Of a stretch of DNA of 36,398 nucleotides, positions 34,510 to 36,398 are shown in pieces; within the stretch, counting starts at the first letter, position 1, and every line of letters starts with the position of its first letter. Under the pieces are notes generated by a model, which worked only from the letters and a program-made list of their open reading frames with translations, did not search any database and was not told where the DNA came from. Where the stretch lies: NCBI RefSeq assembly GCF_001194135.2, contig NC_068992.1:11600897-11637294 (forward strand), read 5' to 3'. Source of the DNA: Octopus bimaculoides (taxonomy: Eukaryota). The position numbers and the translations under genes were made by a program.

Positions 34510-34876
34510 AACAAGGGCATTCAGACAGCACAAGCCTCCGCCAAGGCAACACCAACATCTTTGCAATGATTAGCCGGAGAGGATTTTGAAAATGAGAATA
34601 TCTGAAATAAACTCAACTGTTCTCACAAACGAGAATACTACAAATGAACCCGACCGCTCTCAAAAATTGAGTAAAAAACAGGAAAAATAGTCCAGAATCC
34701 TTGTCCTGTACCAGATCGATTCCAAAATCTAATCAGTTCATGCCAGTCACGAGGCCAGACATCCCTGAAAGTTTCATCTGAATACATCCAGCAGTTCTTG
34801 AGATATGTTATCCACAGCAAACGAACAAATATAACTGAAAACAATACCTCTGCCTTACAGAAGGCAGAGGTAATAA
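34510..34876 (-). mobile_element. Helentron-associated non-autonomous element (HINE / DINE-1 / pearl-like architecture)
   Basis: Perfect 12-bp palindrome TACCTCTGCCTT-acag-AAGGCAGAGGTA (34845-34872) at one end and a subterminal CCTCCGCC (34535-34542), inverted to 34863-34870, at the other. T-rich flanks on the minus strand, no TSD, no ORF of note. Confidence 0.7.
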
Positions 34877-34885
34877 AACAGTTAC

Positions 34886-35356
34886 AAGTGTGGTTGTGTG
34901 GTTAAGAAGTTTGCTTCTCAACTGCGTAGTTCCAGGTTCAGTCCCATTACGTGGCACCTTGAGCAAGTATCTTCTACTATAGTACTATAGCCTCAAACCA
35001 ACCAAAGCCTTGTGAGTTGATTTGGTAGATGAAAAATAAATGATGCCCATCGTATATATATATGTAGTAGCAATAATAATAATGATAATCCATGGATGGA
35101 ATTTATAAATATTTTAATGCATCCCTACACACATTTCTACATATCACACATTTCTTAGGCTCATAGTCCACATACCTAGGATCATTACAGTACAATCCAT
35201 AGTATCCATGGACATTGGGCAGATCATGTTCATGCATTCATTTCTTTGGGTGATATGGCATTAACAGAAGTTTAATTCAGTGTCCAACCCATGCCAGCAT
35301 GGGAGGTGGACGTTAAACAATGAGGATGATGTATGTATATCTACGTGCGATGTGTC

Positions 35357-35422
<66 letters not shown>

Positions 35423-35560
35423 TCCCGCCACCATCACTGTTTGACAACCGTTGTTGGTGAGTTTATGTCACTGTAACTTAGTAGCTCAGCAAAAGAGACT
35501 GATAGATTAAATACCAAGTATTAAAACAAAGCAAATAAATTCTGGGGGTCAATTCATTTA
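34886..35560 (+). mobile_element. SINE family A split into 5' half (34886-35067) and 3' half (35341-35560) by an insert ending in a family C tail (35279-35331)
   Basis: The halves are collinear with 12923-13262; CCAACCCATGCCAGCATGG..GGACGTTAAACAATGAGGATGAT lies between them. Confidence 0.75.
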
Positions 35561-36024
35561 TTTAGACTGATCAAATGACCTGCTACTTTGGTGTTTTTCC
35601 AGTACCAGTTCCTCAGACAAGGATAAACTGGGTTCAGTCCATTAAAAAATAATTTCATAGCTGAATTAACATGCTTAGAAACAATAGACAAATATTTATT
35701 CAGCCATGAAATTATTTTAAATTTCTTGAAGTTATCTGGCTTTTTCATGTAGAGTGGCTAACAATTATTTCTAGATTATTTTGGCTTTTTTTATTTCTGT
35801 CTGTGAGAAAAATTTCAACAAATTAAAAATTTATCATATACTGCACTCAGTATAAACACACATCTGCACGTGCGCTCACGCACACCTGCCCACCCACATG
35901 CACACACATTTAGTTACAGATTCCCCGTCTCATCAGCTATTACCCACAGTCATGCCAATAATTCCTTTGTGTTATTCTTTTTTTAGCTCTTTTTTTTTTT
36001 TTTTGCTTCAGCTATGCAACAGAT

Positions 36025-36178
36025 AAAGTTGTCTGGTTAAGAAATCCACTCGCTAACCACAAATTTTCAGGTTCAATCCCACTGCACAGCATCTACCTTG
36101 GGCAAGTGTTTACTACTACAGCCCTGTGCTGACAAAACACTTGTGAGTTGATTTAGTAGATGGGAACAGAAAGAAACA
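36025..36178 (+). mobile_element. SINE family A, 5' half
   Basis: GGTTCAATCCCACTGCA...CCTTGGGCAAGTG...CTTGTGAGTTGATTT.GTAGA. Confidence 0.75.
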
Positions 36179-36398
36179 TTTACCATCTACTTCCTGAACA
36201 AAGGTTTCAAGCTATTTTCAGCAAAATAAAATAATTTGCTTGGCCAGATGGTAAATGGTAAATGTTTTTATTTTTCATTCCCTTTCGAAATTATCCCTAA
36301 TTGTGGCTTGGCGTTTGACTGCTCCTTCTAGTGGGTTAGATGTCCTATTATGGACATCTCTCGTATTTGTTTAAATGTACACTGTATGTATGTATGTA

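Overview
AT-rich, microsatellite-saturated eukaryotic genomic DNA from a gapped short-read assembly, with 7 N-gaps that mostly sit at microsatellites. From recall of the repeat motifs (not a database search), the repeats look like those of a coleoid cephalopod, probably Octopus. The window contains several dispersed SINE-like families (called A-D here), a degenerate Tc1/mariner transposase fragment, a decayed R4/Dong-type non-LTR retrotransposon 3' end abutting (TAA)n, a hAT-like MITE with an 8-bp target-site duplication, a Helentron-associated (HINE/DINE-1-like) element and an interstitial (TTAGGG)7 array. I recognised no protein-coding gene. Nearly all ORF-track entries are microsatellite or gap artefacts. 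A few short splice-site-bounded candidate exons exist on both strands and are low confidence. I found no convincing novel biological system. The most notable patterns are repeated nesting of elements in the internal microsatellite of SINE family A, an unexplained ~104-nt inverted repeat, and a possible Gly-rich terminal exon.
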